In this document: positions 1-11,994 of the stretch, piece by piece
Layout: each line of letters opens with the position of its first letter
Position numbering within the stretch: position 1 is the first letter of the stretch
The notes under the pieces: generated by a model
Seen by the model: the letters and a program-made list of their open reading frames with translations, nothing else
The model's database searches: none
What the model was told of the DNA's origin: nothing
Translations under genes and position numbers: made by a program
NCBI RefSeq assembly: GCF_009914755.1
Contig: NC_060926.1
Source of the DNA: the human T2T-CHM13v2.0 reference genome, Homo sapiens
DNA length: 64,000 nt
Reading direction: 5' to 3' (one strand)

Positions 1-322
1 AGATCCCATTTGTCAATTTTGGCTTTTGTTGCCATTGCTTTTGGTGTTTTAGACATGAAGTTCTGGCCGATGCCTATGTCCTGAATGGTATTGCCTATGT
101 TTTCTTCTAGGGTTTTTATGGTTTTAGGTCTAATGTTTAAATCTTTAATCCATCTAGAATTAATTTTTGTATAAGGTGAAAGGAAGGGATCCAGTTTCAG
201 CTTTCTACATATGGCTAGCCAGTTTTCCCAGCACCATTTATTAAATAGGGAATCCTTTCCCCATTGCTTGTTTTTGTCAGGTTTGTTAAAGATCAGATGG
301 TTGTAGATATGTGGCATTATTT
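1..322 (-). mobile_element. Young L1PA fragment (3' part of ORF2), continues off the window edge
   Basis: Near-identical to 46000-46320 of the L1 in this window; homology stops abruptly after GGCATTATTT. Confidence 0.93.
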
Positions 323-1133
323 TGGTAATATCCCCTTTGTCATTTCTAATTGTCTTTATTTGGATCTTTTCTTTTTTCTTTTTTATTAGTCTAGATAGTG
401 GTCTATCAATCTTATTTTTTTTTCAAAAAGGCAGGTCCTGAATTTGTTGATCTTTTGAATTTATTTTGTGTTTGTCCAGTCTCCTTCAGTGCAGTTCTGA
501 TTTTGGTTATTTCTTGCCTTCTGCCAGCATTAGGGTTCATTTTCTCTTGGTTCTCTAGTTCTCTCAGTTGTGATTTTATGTTGTCAAATTGAGATCTTTG
601 TTACTTTTTGATGTGGGTGTTTAGTGCTATACATTTCCCTTTTAACACAGCCTTAGCTGTGTCCCAGGGATTCTGATATGTTTTATCTTTGTTCTCATTC
701 CTTTCAAAGAATTTCTTGATTTCTGCCTTTATTTCATTATTTACCAGAAAGTCATTCAGGAGCAGGTTGTTTAATTTCCATGTAATTATAAGGTTTTTAT
801 GCTTTTCTTAGGCTTGAATTGTACTTTATTAGAGCTATGGTTTGAGAGAGCGGTCAGTATAATTTTGATTCTTTCACATTTGCTGAGGATTATTTTATGT
901 CAGATTGTGTGGTTGATTTTAGAGTCTGCCATGTGATGATGAGAATAATGTATATTCTGTTGTTTTTGGGTGGAGAGTTTATAGATGTCTATCAGGTCCA
1001 TTTGACCCAGTGTTGGGTTCAGGTCTTGAGCATCTTTGTTAATTTTGTCTGGATCATCCATCTAATACTGTCAGTGGAGTGTTGAAGTCTCCCACTATGC
1101 TTGTTGGGGATTTTAAGTCTCTTTGAAGGATCT
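323..1133 (-). mobile_element. Older L1 ORF2 endonuclease/linker fragment (L1PA13-16/L1PB-like)
   Basis: Collinear with ~47830-48645 of the other L1 but visibly more diverged. Confidence 0.88.
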
Positions 1134-2295
1134 GTCCTCCTTCTCATGTGCCAGCAGCAGCAGCAGCAGCAGTGGCAGCAGCAGCGGCGGCAGCAGCAGT
1201 AGCAGCGGCAGCAGTAGCAGCAGCAGCAGCAGCCATGTGGCAAGGTGCACACTTGCTGACCGCGGCAGGGTGCTATGGCATTTGCAGCAGAGGCAGTGGA
1301 AGCATGGCTGGGAGATTGGGGCCCCACTGGCAACCGTGTTTGTGTTTCCACTGCTGGCCATGTTAGCACAGGGTTGGGCACTGGTGGGTGCAGAAGTGTG
1401 CATGCTGGCAGGGAAGGGAGGGGAAGTTTCACCTGTTTACACGTGCTCTGGTACAGAAATGTAGGTGGTGGCTGTGGGTGAGTGCATGCAAGCAAAGCAG
1501 CAAGGGGGAGGTTGCAGTTGGAGGAGGGTGTAGGCATTCTGGTGTTAGTCTGCAGGTCTGCTCTGCTGGAGCACTCTGCAGGTTAGGTGCTGTCCACCAG
1601 TTCAGGAACTATGATAAGGGCCCTTAGGAGGTACCTGAGGGATGCACTGCAAGCAGGTGTAGCCAGGCTGGGGCCCCGGGAAAGGCCAGCAGACTGAGGG
1701 GTCATCAGGTCAGACCTGCCCAATCTCATGGGCATGACTGCCCTACAGAATTCAGATCTGAGAGTTCCCCTAGGGCTAAAGCTTCCTATGGGACCAAGTC
1801 GTCCTAGGGGCATGGGTGTCTCTGACTGCTCTACTAAAGATGCTTCTGCACCAAACCTTCTCGGCTCCACACTGGCTGGAGTTCTGCCCCTACCACATCT
1901 CTAAGCAGCTCTCCCTGCCATCTCAAGTGTCCATAGTGGTTGAGGGATCTCCTTCTGCTGGAATTACAGAGGCCCACGGCAAGTGAGTGGGTTGCTCCTT
2001 GCCTGTAAAATTCACCCTTTCTGCAGGAGTTGTTGGGGGCTAGGAACACTTGTTCCTAGGCTAGGACATTGTAAGAAAGATCCTACATTGGGTTGGGAGG
2101 TTAAGTCCTGGTACATGGTAGCCCTGTGGAAGATTCCCAGCTTTCTCCGCCTTCAGCCCAGCATCCATGTCTTTGCTTTGTCCACGTTCAATGCCTTCCC
2201 TCTGAATATCTGCATGAGTGTGCCAGTCTTCCAGATGTTCTGGTCCCTTGGCAGGAGATATTCCTCCTGGCTGTGTCTAGTTGGCCATCTTCCCT
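1134..2295 (-). mobile_element. 5' UTR of an older L1
   Basis: GC-rich segment whose reverse complement begins with the L1 5' motif AAGATGGCCAACTAG (2277-2291). Confidence 0.75.
1152..1232. repeat. Interrupted CAG/CTG repeat, 27 triplets
   Basis: (CAG)7 TGG (CAG)3 (CGG)2 (CAG)3 TAG CAG CGG (CAG)2 TAG (CAG)5 read directly. Confidence 0.98.
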
Positions 2296-2962
2296 TTTTA
2301 TCCTTTAAACATACATCTTTTTTGTTATTTTAATCTTCTGTATTGACTTATACTTTTTTTCCTGATATCTATTTTCTCAGCATATGTATTAGCATTTTTA
2401 ATAATTTTACATTTATCTTGAGCAAAATCACATAACTTTCTTTCGTTTTCTGGTTGTCATTTCCTGAGGGTCTTTTAACCTCAAATTTGAGTGAATCTTC
2501 TTTTATACTCAGTAGTTGTTCAGTGCTCAGGTGTTGCTATGTTAAGTTTTTCTTCCTCTGAAGGAAAAATTAACAAGTCAAAGCTCTGGGAAGCAAATGG
2601 AGTCAATTGTCCAAGAAGAGAAGGGATATAGACTGTGTGCTTAGACTTGAAAGGTTGACCTGCAGACACGCTGGAAAAGACAGGGTAGTATATTTTCTGG
2701 TAAACTTGGTTTCTGGAGCCTCTATCAGTTTTAGGATGTCAGAACTTTGAATCTGTGGCTGGTGAGAGGCAGGGAATGACTTTGTGTCAAGTATTGGGGT
2801 CTCAGGGATAATCTACCATGGTCAATTGAGCTGCCAACTCTCAGTGGAATAATAAATACCTGAACCCATATAGAGCCATTGCAATGGGCAGATAGTGGAG
2901 GAGAAACGGTAGCATGACTGAGGGATTATGTCTGATTTTCATTTCAAAATAAATTGTGTCTT

Positions 2963-3058
2963 TGTGTGTGTGTTCGTGTGTGTATGTGTGTGTATGTATG
3001 CAAATTATGTATCATTTATGTACAGGTGTTTGGGGTGTGTGTGTGTATGGGTGTGTGT
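2963..3058. repeat. Degenerate (TG)n microsatellite
   Basis: Two imperfect TG/TATG runs. Confidence 0.85.
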
Positions 3059-3344
3059 TTTCCCATGGAATGACTGATGGTGACTTCCCTGCCAATTTCG
3101 GTGAATTTGTTTTTATTTGATTTTCCTGATTTCTGAGATATGACATTATTTTTGCTTGAATATTTTAAAATAATTCATACTACCTTAAATGAATTTTTTG
3201 AACAATTACATCAGTCCAAAAATAAAATTGGATGCCTAGGTAATTACTCAGTTTCCTGTCACTGCATCTAGTCAAACAGAGACTATCTTTCAGGGACATT
3301 GTAAGAAAGATCCTACATTGGGTTGGGAGGTTAAGGCATTTTCT

Positions 3345-3440
3345 TTTTGATATTTGTATTTCTAGTGTCTAGGAGAGTACTGGCCATGTAACAAGTATGG
3401 TGTAAATATATGTTGAATAAATGAATTAATGGATAGATGC
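3345..3440 (+). mobile_element. L2 3' end fragment
   Basis: Ends AAATATATGTTGAATAAATGAAT, typical L2 tail. Confidence 0.6.
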
Positions 3441-4119
3441 ATTAAAGTGGCCCTAGTGTAGGCATTAGATGAATATATGGGTAAACTAAACAGCCATTAG
3501 AATATAATTTATATAAATACTGTTTCAAGAAAGCTGTATATTTCTAGAGAAGACTGAAAGAAATCAATACTTAAATCTATTAATTTCACTTGCAGTAATA
3601 GTTTATTGATGCTATAAAACTAAATCTATTGGTAGTACACCCTCAGATTAGGAGCCCACTACTCAGAACTCATGGAACTTGCAGCTCCTCTATTTTTGTC
3701 CCTTTTCTCAGCACTAATTTTATGACTGCTTGCCTTTTTTGCCCATTCCCCACCACAGCATAGTCATCTGGATTAGGTGGTTCTTTTTGTCCCTCAGATA
3801 GTTTTATTTGAGCTTTATAGCAAGGGTGACCCTCATGCTAGAGCCTAAAGTAGAAACATTTCCTCCTTCTGATCTTTGTGTTCTTTAAAAACAAAAACCA
3901 AAACCCAGATGAACTAAAAACATGAACATTTTTCAATCATTGTAACTTTGAAAACAACATTCAGGGATGGCTGATCATTCCATTAGAGTGTTTTTTTTTT
4001 TCTTTTGTCTGAGTTCATTCATATTTCTAGCTGTTCTGTCTATTGACAGAAGCGTGGTTTGTCTTTCTCTATGCTTTTTGCAGCATAACTGTTGTAAGAG
4101 GTATTTAATTTAGATTGAG

Positions 4120-4230
4120 CAAGGTGTAGTAGAAAAAGCACTGGCCTGGAAATTCTGTCTGGAATTAGGTAACTTGCCCTTCAGTTCAACTAGATGGATC
4201 CGATGGTCCATTCTATCTTAAACATTTTTT
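4120..4230 (+). mobile_element. MIR fragment
   Basis: GTGTAGTAGAAAAAGCACTGG head and CTAGATG...GGTCC tail. Confidence 0.55.
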
Positions 4231-5069
4231 GGTTCTACTCTACATTTAACACATTGTGTCTGTAATTTTAAATAAACAAATTTAAAACAAACTTGGGCAT
4301 GATATATTTTGAGCTGGAAAATGGTTTTCCAACACCTTGGGTAATTTTTTTCTGTATATATTTAGATTTTGAAAATCTGGTTCAAATTTTTACATGTTAG
4401 CAATTGTACATTGTGGCACAACAATATTATTTCTTTTTCTGAATTCCATCGTGCTTCCTGTTTTGAGTGAACAGCTCTATTTTAGAAAACACTTTGCTAA
4501 ATGTTTTCCACTCACTGCAACATAAGTGTGTCACCCTTTGAAAATTCTCTGGATAATGCAGCAAAGCAGCATTTGGTGCATTATAGTTATTCTGATTTTT
4601 TTTACAACTGGAGTCTGGGTTGGTAAGTATAAGGTGGGTTGAGTCTGTATATAGTAATACAGCCAGAGAAGAAGATATAATAACTGCGGGGATTTTTTTT
4701 TCTGGCAAGACACTTTAGAAAATCCATCTTCCTATCCTATTCTGAAATTACTCTAGCAATGTTTTTGAAAATTAGTCATCCAAGTTTGATTGAACATTTT
4801 CAGTGAAATTACGTTTACTATGTATTGAGGCTTCATTTTCATTTCAGAAAGCCCCAAGTGTTAGAAAACCTTCCCTTGCATTGAGCTGAAATCTGCCTCT
4901 CTTAAACCTCTACCTGCCTTCCAGAATAAATTTAATCTCAGATGCAGTTCTTTCAACAATTATAAGGTCTTTAGTGCCCCCTCTTCCTGCTTTCTGTTTT
5001 AAGATGAAATATCTCCTGTTCCTTACCATTTTGGTCACCCTCTGGAGTCATTGCAATTTATCCATATAT

Positions 5070-5750
5070 GTTTTTAACTTTTTACTGTGCAATAATAATA
5101 AATTCTCAGAAAAGTGCAAACAAATGTATAGTGAGGTCCTGTGTGCCTTTCACCCATTTTCTCCAATGTTGACATCTTGTGTAACTTTAATACAATGTCA
5201 AATCCAGGGAAGTAACATAGATACAAAACACGGAGGTTATTCAAATTCTACTGGTTGTACATACATATGTGTGTGTGTTTGTGTTCACTGAGCTTATTGA
5301 TGTTATATTCCTACCTTCCCTTAGAGACTGTGAGATAGGAGGTCTAGCTTTCCTAGTGATTACATTTCAAAGGGATGGCTCCCAAGATCCTTGAAAAAGA
5401 CATTCCTGGGTTGTTGGAGATTTACATCCTAAAAGGACAGGGAAAGAAAGAATTTACAATTACAAGTTTTCTGAAGTAAATTCTCTAAGAAAAGGGAGGT
5501 TGGGGTAGGGGAGGGGTGCTCAATAAGCTATGCAATTCATCAAATCTGTAGCTTTGTGTGATACAAGCTGCAATTATGGTGTGACTACCAGCACAATTAA
5601 GCTACTTAATTGCACCATCACCATAGGAATCCCTTATGTTGCCCCTTATAATCTCACTTGCCCTCTCCATCCATCCCTAACTCCTGGGAGCCACTAATCT
5701 ATTCTCCATTTCTATAATTATGTTAATTCAAAATGTTATACAAATGTCGA
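5070..5750 (-). mobile_element. Ancient L1M (L1MC/MD-like) 3' end, split by an LTR fragment at ~5290-5520
   Basis: L1M 3' UTR motifs on both sides (CCTTTCACCCA...AATGTTGACATCTTG; CCACTAATCT...CTCCATTTCTATAAT). Confidence 0.7.
5292..5505 (-). mobile_element. Internal fragment of an ERV1 LTR (MER39/MER34 group)
   Basis: Reverse complement aligns to ~6430-6650. Confidence 0.8.
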
Positions 5751-6374
5751 TATCCTTTAAAAACCAACAAAGAATTAAGAACTGTTCTCTTAATCTTGAC
5801 CTCTGTAGGCAGTTCTTGATTTATAAATATTTGATTTATATGACAGCATCCTCGCATGAACAGTTGGGGGGCCTGAATTGTAAACGCCTATTTTCTCAGG
5901 AGGCAATGTTGTTCTCAAGTTCAAAATTCTAAGAAATGACTTTTTAAGGCTCTTGTTAGAATCAGGGCTGACTCCTTTCTCTAGACTAAATCTTTGATTT
6001 TTCAATACTTAAACAAAAGAACAATAAGGCAGAGATTTTAGTATCCCAAAGACCAAGAGACTTGTTAATCTTTACTTGTGATATCTTTTAAAATTTTGTA
6101 CCTCTGAGCCATTCTGGACCTCCTAACTTTTTGGGAGGTGGATACAGCTCTATTTACCCACGACTGAGTGGTGTTGGCTCCAGCAATGTTCAGATATTTG
6201 ATAACCTTTTCTGGATCAGATAACTTTTATGTGCTAACATCAAATTAGAACCTTATCATTTCATTTAAGGAGGATTAATAGCAATGAATAGCCAGCTGGT
6301 TTTGGGCAAAGATTTATCACACAAACTTTGTAATTATTGAATATTGATTTTTTTTTTCCTATCCAAAACAGCCT

Positions 6375-6860
6375 TAATGCTTTCCTCAACTTGACTAAAC
6401 TTTTAGACAGTTTTCTTCCCAGCTATAATCCCCCCAACCTCCTTTTTTTTTTTTTCTTTTAGATAATTTACTTTAGAAAACTTGTAATTGTAGATTCTTT
6501 CTCTGTCCTTTTGAGATGTAAATCTTCTACAACCCAGGAATGTCTTTCTTAAGAATCTGGGAGCCATTCCTTTGAAATGTAATCACTAGGAAAGCTAGAA
6601 CCCCTATCTCACAGTCTTTCAGGGAAGGTAGGAACATAAATTGAATAAGTGCCCATTAGCAAATATAGATGGTCTAATCACATTGGCCAACCTCCCTGTT
6701 AATGTTCTGTAGTACTTTTCCTCTAGCTCATCTCAGTACTTAAAAACTCTCCAGCTTTGTTTGAGCAGAGCTGGGTTCAATCTCTCTCCCCTATTGCAAT
6801 AGTCTTGAATAATGTCTTCCTTGCCTGTTTAATTCCATCTGGTGTAATTTTTCTTTGATC
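6375..6860 (+). mobile_element. ERV1 LTR (MER39/MER34 group)
   Basis: TTGACTAAACTT start region, GAAATGTAATCA core, TATA-like TTAAAA, GAATAA polyA-like signal before TTTCTTTGA end. Confidence 0.75.
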
Positions 6861-7329
6861 TTTTGGTGAGACTTACTTGATTATAATAATTAATAGAGGT
6901 TGTCTAATATTTCTATATTTTTTTCTGGAAAAAAAATTATTAAATGTATGGTAATATCAGTGGGCTTTAGGCTCATAAAGGAGACTTTGACCAGTAATCT
7001 CCCAGGGCACAAATCTGGGGAAATGAGTTGGAGACCATTGCTCTAAATGCACATTCCTTGGTAGCAGAACCTTTTGGTAATTTTTACCTCTGAGAGGCTG
7101 ACATGTGTTCCTGGCATGCCCTGTTGGAACCAAGTTTGGTTTTCCTGTAGAAATGGCTTATAATTTTGGCTGGTTTTTGTCTCAGATAAGAATGTCTAGC
7201 ATACTTGGGGATCAAACCTGCTAGGGGTCTCTTCTTCTGAGGACTGAGGGGTGACTGAGAAATGTGTACCAAAGGAATAATTAGCCTAATTTGATGAATT
7301 TGCCTTATTGCTTTTGATACAGACTCCTT

Positions 7330-8060
7330 CATTCATCTGATCACTTCTCACAACATTCATCATTTCCACTCTAGTCCAAGTCTTCATCATCTCTATGTGG
7401 AATACAGAAATATTCTCCTATCTGATCTCCATGCTTTCTCCCTTGTGCCCTTGCAGTTTATTTTCCTGTGGTATCTAGAATAATCTTTTAGAAATGTCCT
7501 TTAAATGTCCTTTAAAAATGTCCTTCTTTCACTCTCAACTCTCCAATGACTTCTCAACATGTTCGAAATAAAATCCAAAGTAATCTCCAGGGCTTGCAGT
7601 GCCTCAGTGTTCAGGCCCTTCCTGGACCTCATTTCCTGCACTCAGCCTCTTCCTTTTGGCTCTCTAACTGCCCAGCCTTCTTGCGTTTCCTAGAGACAAC
7701 CTAGCCAGTCCACTTAAGGGCCTTTGCATGGCTGTTCTCTCTGACTGGGATGCTTCTCCACTAGGCATTCACCTTGCTAACACCCCCACTTTACTTAAAT
7801 CTCTGCTCAAATGTCACCTCCTCAGAAAAACCCTCTCTAAAAGTGTGCCCCATTTTTCTCCTCCCCTTTTTCCTGCTTTTGATCTTTCATCGCAGTTTTT
7901 CATGCCTGAGGTTATAAAATGCTTTTTGGTTATGATCTCTTCCCCACTAGTCCATAAACATAGGCCAAGAACTTTGTCTTATCATTGCATCTGAAGTTCC
8001 CAGAATAGTGCCTGGCATTTAGTAGTATGCAATGCATTTGTATTGAACAAGTGAATTAAT
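7330..8060 (+). mobile_element. L2 (L2a-like) 3' segment
   Basis: CTCAAATGTCACCTCCTCAG, GGCCTTTGCATGGCTGTT, AGTGCCTGGCA...TTGAACAAGTGAAT tail. Confidence 0.85.
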
Positions 8061-8864
8061 TTAGACTTGCCAGCTGATGAGGTTTGTGAAAATTTGAGTT
8101 ACATAAATAGAGGCTCATTGTATAAATTAGTGCATCTGGGACCATACCTCAGGTGCAATATGGATTACAGAAGATTATGTGTGATAGATAGGAACATTAA
8201 ATACAGTGTAAAACATTTTATGGGAAAATATATTTTAAGTTCCAAATAACTGGTTTACAAGTGGCTTTTTGGAACATAATAAATTTAAGTTGGGCATATG
8301 TTGACCTTCCATAAATTTCAGTAATGCACTTTCATAAGAAAATAATTAAGGTTTCAATAATATCTTTTCCAAAAGTTGTTGCTAAGATTATGCTATTTCT
8401 GGAGAAATATCATCTTCCCTGGTAACCATGGAACCAAATTAGTAATCAAGATAGGAGGTACTTCACCACAACATTACTCAGAGCCAAAGTTTTGGGAATT
8501 TGTTCATTTGGAGGATGGTGGCTATCATTTAAGGATGTGGAGAGGAGGGTAAAATTTTCCTGCCACCTTGGAGAAATAATTGACAAGAGGTAGGATCAGT
8601 ATCGGCCCTAGGAAATAAACAAATCTCCATTTTCATCTGAGAAAGCGTGTTCAGTAAAAACAGAAATAGAAAGCCCAACTGGAATTAGGTGGCAGCTACT
8701 ACATGGTGGGCATGCAGGGGCCCAGGATTTACCTAGGCACATTTGATACTAAAATATGACAATGTTTACAAATCCCACCTACATGAGAGGTTATATCTCC
8801 TAATATGTAGCTTGCACTGGAAAACAACAGTGTAGGCATTGCAGAAAGGGAATGGAAGACAGAA

Positions 8865-9080
8865 GTAACATCTACTCAGTACTCACTGCTATAGATACTG
8901 CTGCTATACATGCACGATTCCATGAAAGTTCCAGCCGTCCTGTGGAGTGGGTACTTTTATTATCTCCCTTTCATAGATGAGGTGGCTGAGGCTTAGAGTG
9001 GATACGTAGCACATTAAGACAACCATGCTGGAATACTAATTCGGGGCTGTCTGACTTGAAAGTCAGTCCTGTCTTCTGTG
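8865..9080 (-). mobile_element. MIR
   Basis: Core ATAGATGAGGTGGCTGAGGCTTAGAG. Confidence 0.75.
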
Positions 9081-11035
9081 GCACTCTGTGATTATAGTTG
9101 CATAAGACTGGGGAATAAGCAATCAATGACATGGACTCTGAGGGCAGCATTTCAGAAAGTTGTCAATAGTCTTGTATTTTCCTCAAAAGCTTTTAAAGTC
9201 ATTGCTAGGGATTTACAGCCAGATTGGAAGGAATTGCAAGACAAGAATGAAGAACACATTAACTCTTAGGTCTTATAGTTTCTGTGTAACATCCCTTTTA
9301 TCATCACGCATCTCTCCGAAAAATAAACACACTGAAGAGAATGATTGAAATTAATAGTTCTGATGAATATCCATATATATTAATTTAAAGCCAGTCACTA
9401 AAGTGTAGTATCTGCTCTGCTGGAGTTTTAAAGGTATTATCTATTTGAAATCTTATTTATTTTATTGAATAATGTGTAACTATTGCAATGAATTTAACAC
9501 CAAAAATTGTTGAATGACTGCCACATGTAAATACTATAATAATTAAAAAGTTATCTGCAATCTACAAACCACAAACTAATTCAGAATAACTTCTTCTGAC
9601 GCCAGAGAGGTCTGTGGTCCTTCAAGAAATGAGAGTGAGGGAATTCTGCTTGAGGCATAAGGGCATATGAGAAAGAGCTTCTCTTGCATTCTTTTTATTT
9701 CCATAAAGGCACCTGCTTTGAGGCTTAGGGTCTAAGAAAGTCTCAGATTCTGAACTCTGCCCTGCCTCTAGAGTCTTGGATTAGTTGCTTTGTTAAAGTC
9801 ATTAAAGTTTAAAAAATAATCTGTTTAAAGAGAGCTTTGCTTTTCTGCCTGCTCAGAAGACATTACATGGGGGTGTGTGTGTGTGATTTGCTCACACTCA
9901 GACTTCCATTAGCTTAGTACCTCACAGCAACAGCCTTACTCACCAATGCCTGTGTAAAGCTTCCTCACATGTATGAAGCTACCAAAGAGCATCCTGGTAA
10001 TAGGAAGTGGGGGTGGGAATACATAGGGCCAGAAGTGCCCAGAACTGCATAGGTGCTTAAATAAGTAAGTGTTTGATTGATTGATAAGTGGCAACAAATC
10101 TAAGTTTCTCTTGTAGTTCTACCCAGTGTATGGTCCAGTTCATGTGCTGTCATGTAATATGCAAATATATGGCTGTCACTAAATGAAAATATATTTCTAG
10201 ATATATTTTGGTAAGGGTTGCAGATTTTAATAGTGCTTATATTTAATTTTGTATTTATAATTGTCATATATTTCAAAAATTTTACAAAAGAAAATTTTCA
10301 TGGATTCAGCTTTATAAATGATTTCATACAACCACATAACAATTATATGATTTACAGTGAGCCCTACAAATAGAGCAGTGACAGTAAGGTGAGTAAGATT
10401 GCCCAGAAACTCTGAGGTCTGTCTAGTTGTTAAGCCTTCAGCACATGCAGATGACTTAGATAGACTGGCTGAAGAAGTCTGCACTGACATGTGTGTATAC
10501 ACTTCTCAGCTGGCCTGGGCTAAAGTAGGAAATAGGCAAAGCTTATGGTGTTTCCATTTTGCTGTCCAGTTCCTCACTACTGTTTTCTTCCCTTACCAAA
10601 ACTTCTTTTCATGGTGCTAACAGAACTGAAAATTTAAGTGATCATCCCAAGAGTCTTAGTGATGAAAATAATATGCCTTGAAGAAGGAAGCTGTGATAGT
10701 GGAAGTTCGTGCTCTGAGTAGGGCAGGGAGGGCTTCTTTTCTTTCATTCTTCAACACACTTTCCTGTCATTGCCAAAATCAATTCAATCATTCTGTGATT
10801 TGTAGACCATTAATATGACAAAAAAGCATCAAAAGATTTTTTCCACTTTTTTTTTTAAAAGAAATTATAATTGCTAGCCCTTACTAACAAAGATTAGCAA
10901 GCATTTCCTGCCTGTTTGGTTGACAGTATGTCTTGCTTTTTATGGTTTAGCTCCCAAGGAAATACAATTTGGATTTACAGCATAAAGAAGGAGAGGTAAA
11001 ACCAAGCAGGGTTGATTCCTTTTCCATCAGGCTTA

Positions 11036-11108
11036 CATATAAAAGTATAAAAGTATATATAAAAGTATATATATATATATTTTAAAAAGTATATATACAT
11101 ATATATTA
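11036..11108. repeat. (TA)n / (TATAAAAG)n low-complexity repeat
   Basis: Direct reading. Confidence 0.9.
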
Positions 11109-11994
11109 AATTTTTGTTTGTAGTACTCTCATTAAATATTTGATGTGTATTTTTAGGTGTGAAATACACTATGATCTCCATGCTATAGATACTTATGGAA
11201 AGAAATCAAATGTCCATCAAAATGGTGAAAATGTGTAATAGGCAATATGCATTCATTCCATAAACCCAATTCTAGAGAAAAATTTCCTTTGGCAGGCAAA
11301 CGATTTTAATGTAAAATTTAATGCAATAGGAGTGACATATTTTAGTACAAATTAATTAGATTAGTGAAGTGAAATGGCCTGAGTCAGAAAAAATAAAATG
11401 AGCTGCATGACATGAAGCACTTTGCAATAATTCTTAAGCTATCAATTCTGTTATTTTGCAATTTGAATTCTATTTAAATCATTAAAAATTATATAAAAAC
11501 AATTCTTGTTTCTTCTGGTTGATTATATAAAGATATAACAATGAATTCCATTTATCTGGAAAATGAACAGAACAATGCTTTCTGTAATAAAAAATTTCTG
11601 GTTTGTAAAATATGTTTAATCATTTCTTCAGTTTTTCTTGCTTGTGTTTGTACCATGGACCATCTGAGAAAGTTCCACTTATTTTTTGTTAATTCATTTT
11701 TATACTTTGTTAGTTTATTTATGCCTCGACTTATTCTGTAAGTAATCTGTGGTGGTTTGCAATAAATGTTTTTTTAAAGTTGATACATGTGAATACAAAT
11801 AATCATGACAAGAACCAAGAGAAACAGGTGACAAAACTGGACCTTGTTAAAATGAGACTAAAAATGCAGGCCATGGAGGCATATGTAATTTTTGTGGTTG
11901 AATTTTATGTATGACTCTAATTTCCTAGTATAAAAGCAAAAAGTGAAACATGCTGTTTTATAATTGTCTTAATTATGGAAGATAATTCTATTTA

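Noticed and set aside
1019-1537. Overlapping ORFs with poly-Cys, poly-Leu, poly-Ser and poly-Ala
   Set aside because: Produced by the CAG/CTG tract in a GC-rich L1 UTR; no gene structure.
6117-6140. Short hairpin ACCTCCTAA-CTT-TTGGGAGGT as a small RNA
   Set aside because: Nine-bp stem only; no Pol III boxes or snoRNA/miRNA features.
7492-7525. AAATGTCCTT three times
   Set aside because: Minor slippage repeat inside an L2.
10358-10394. 31-nt + strand micro-exon ending AAG/GTGAGT
   Set aside because: Strong donor but the acceptor lacks a polypyrimidine tract; compatible with chance.
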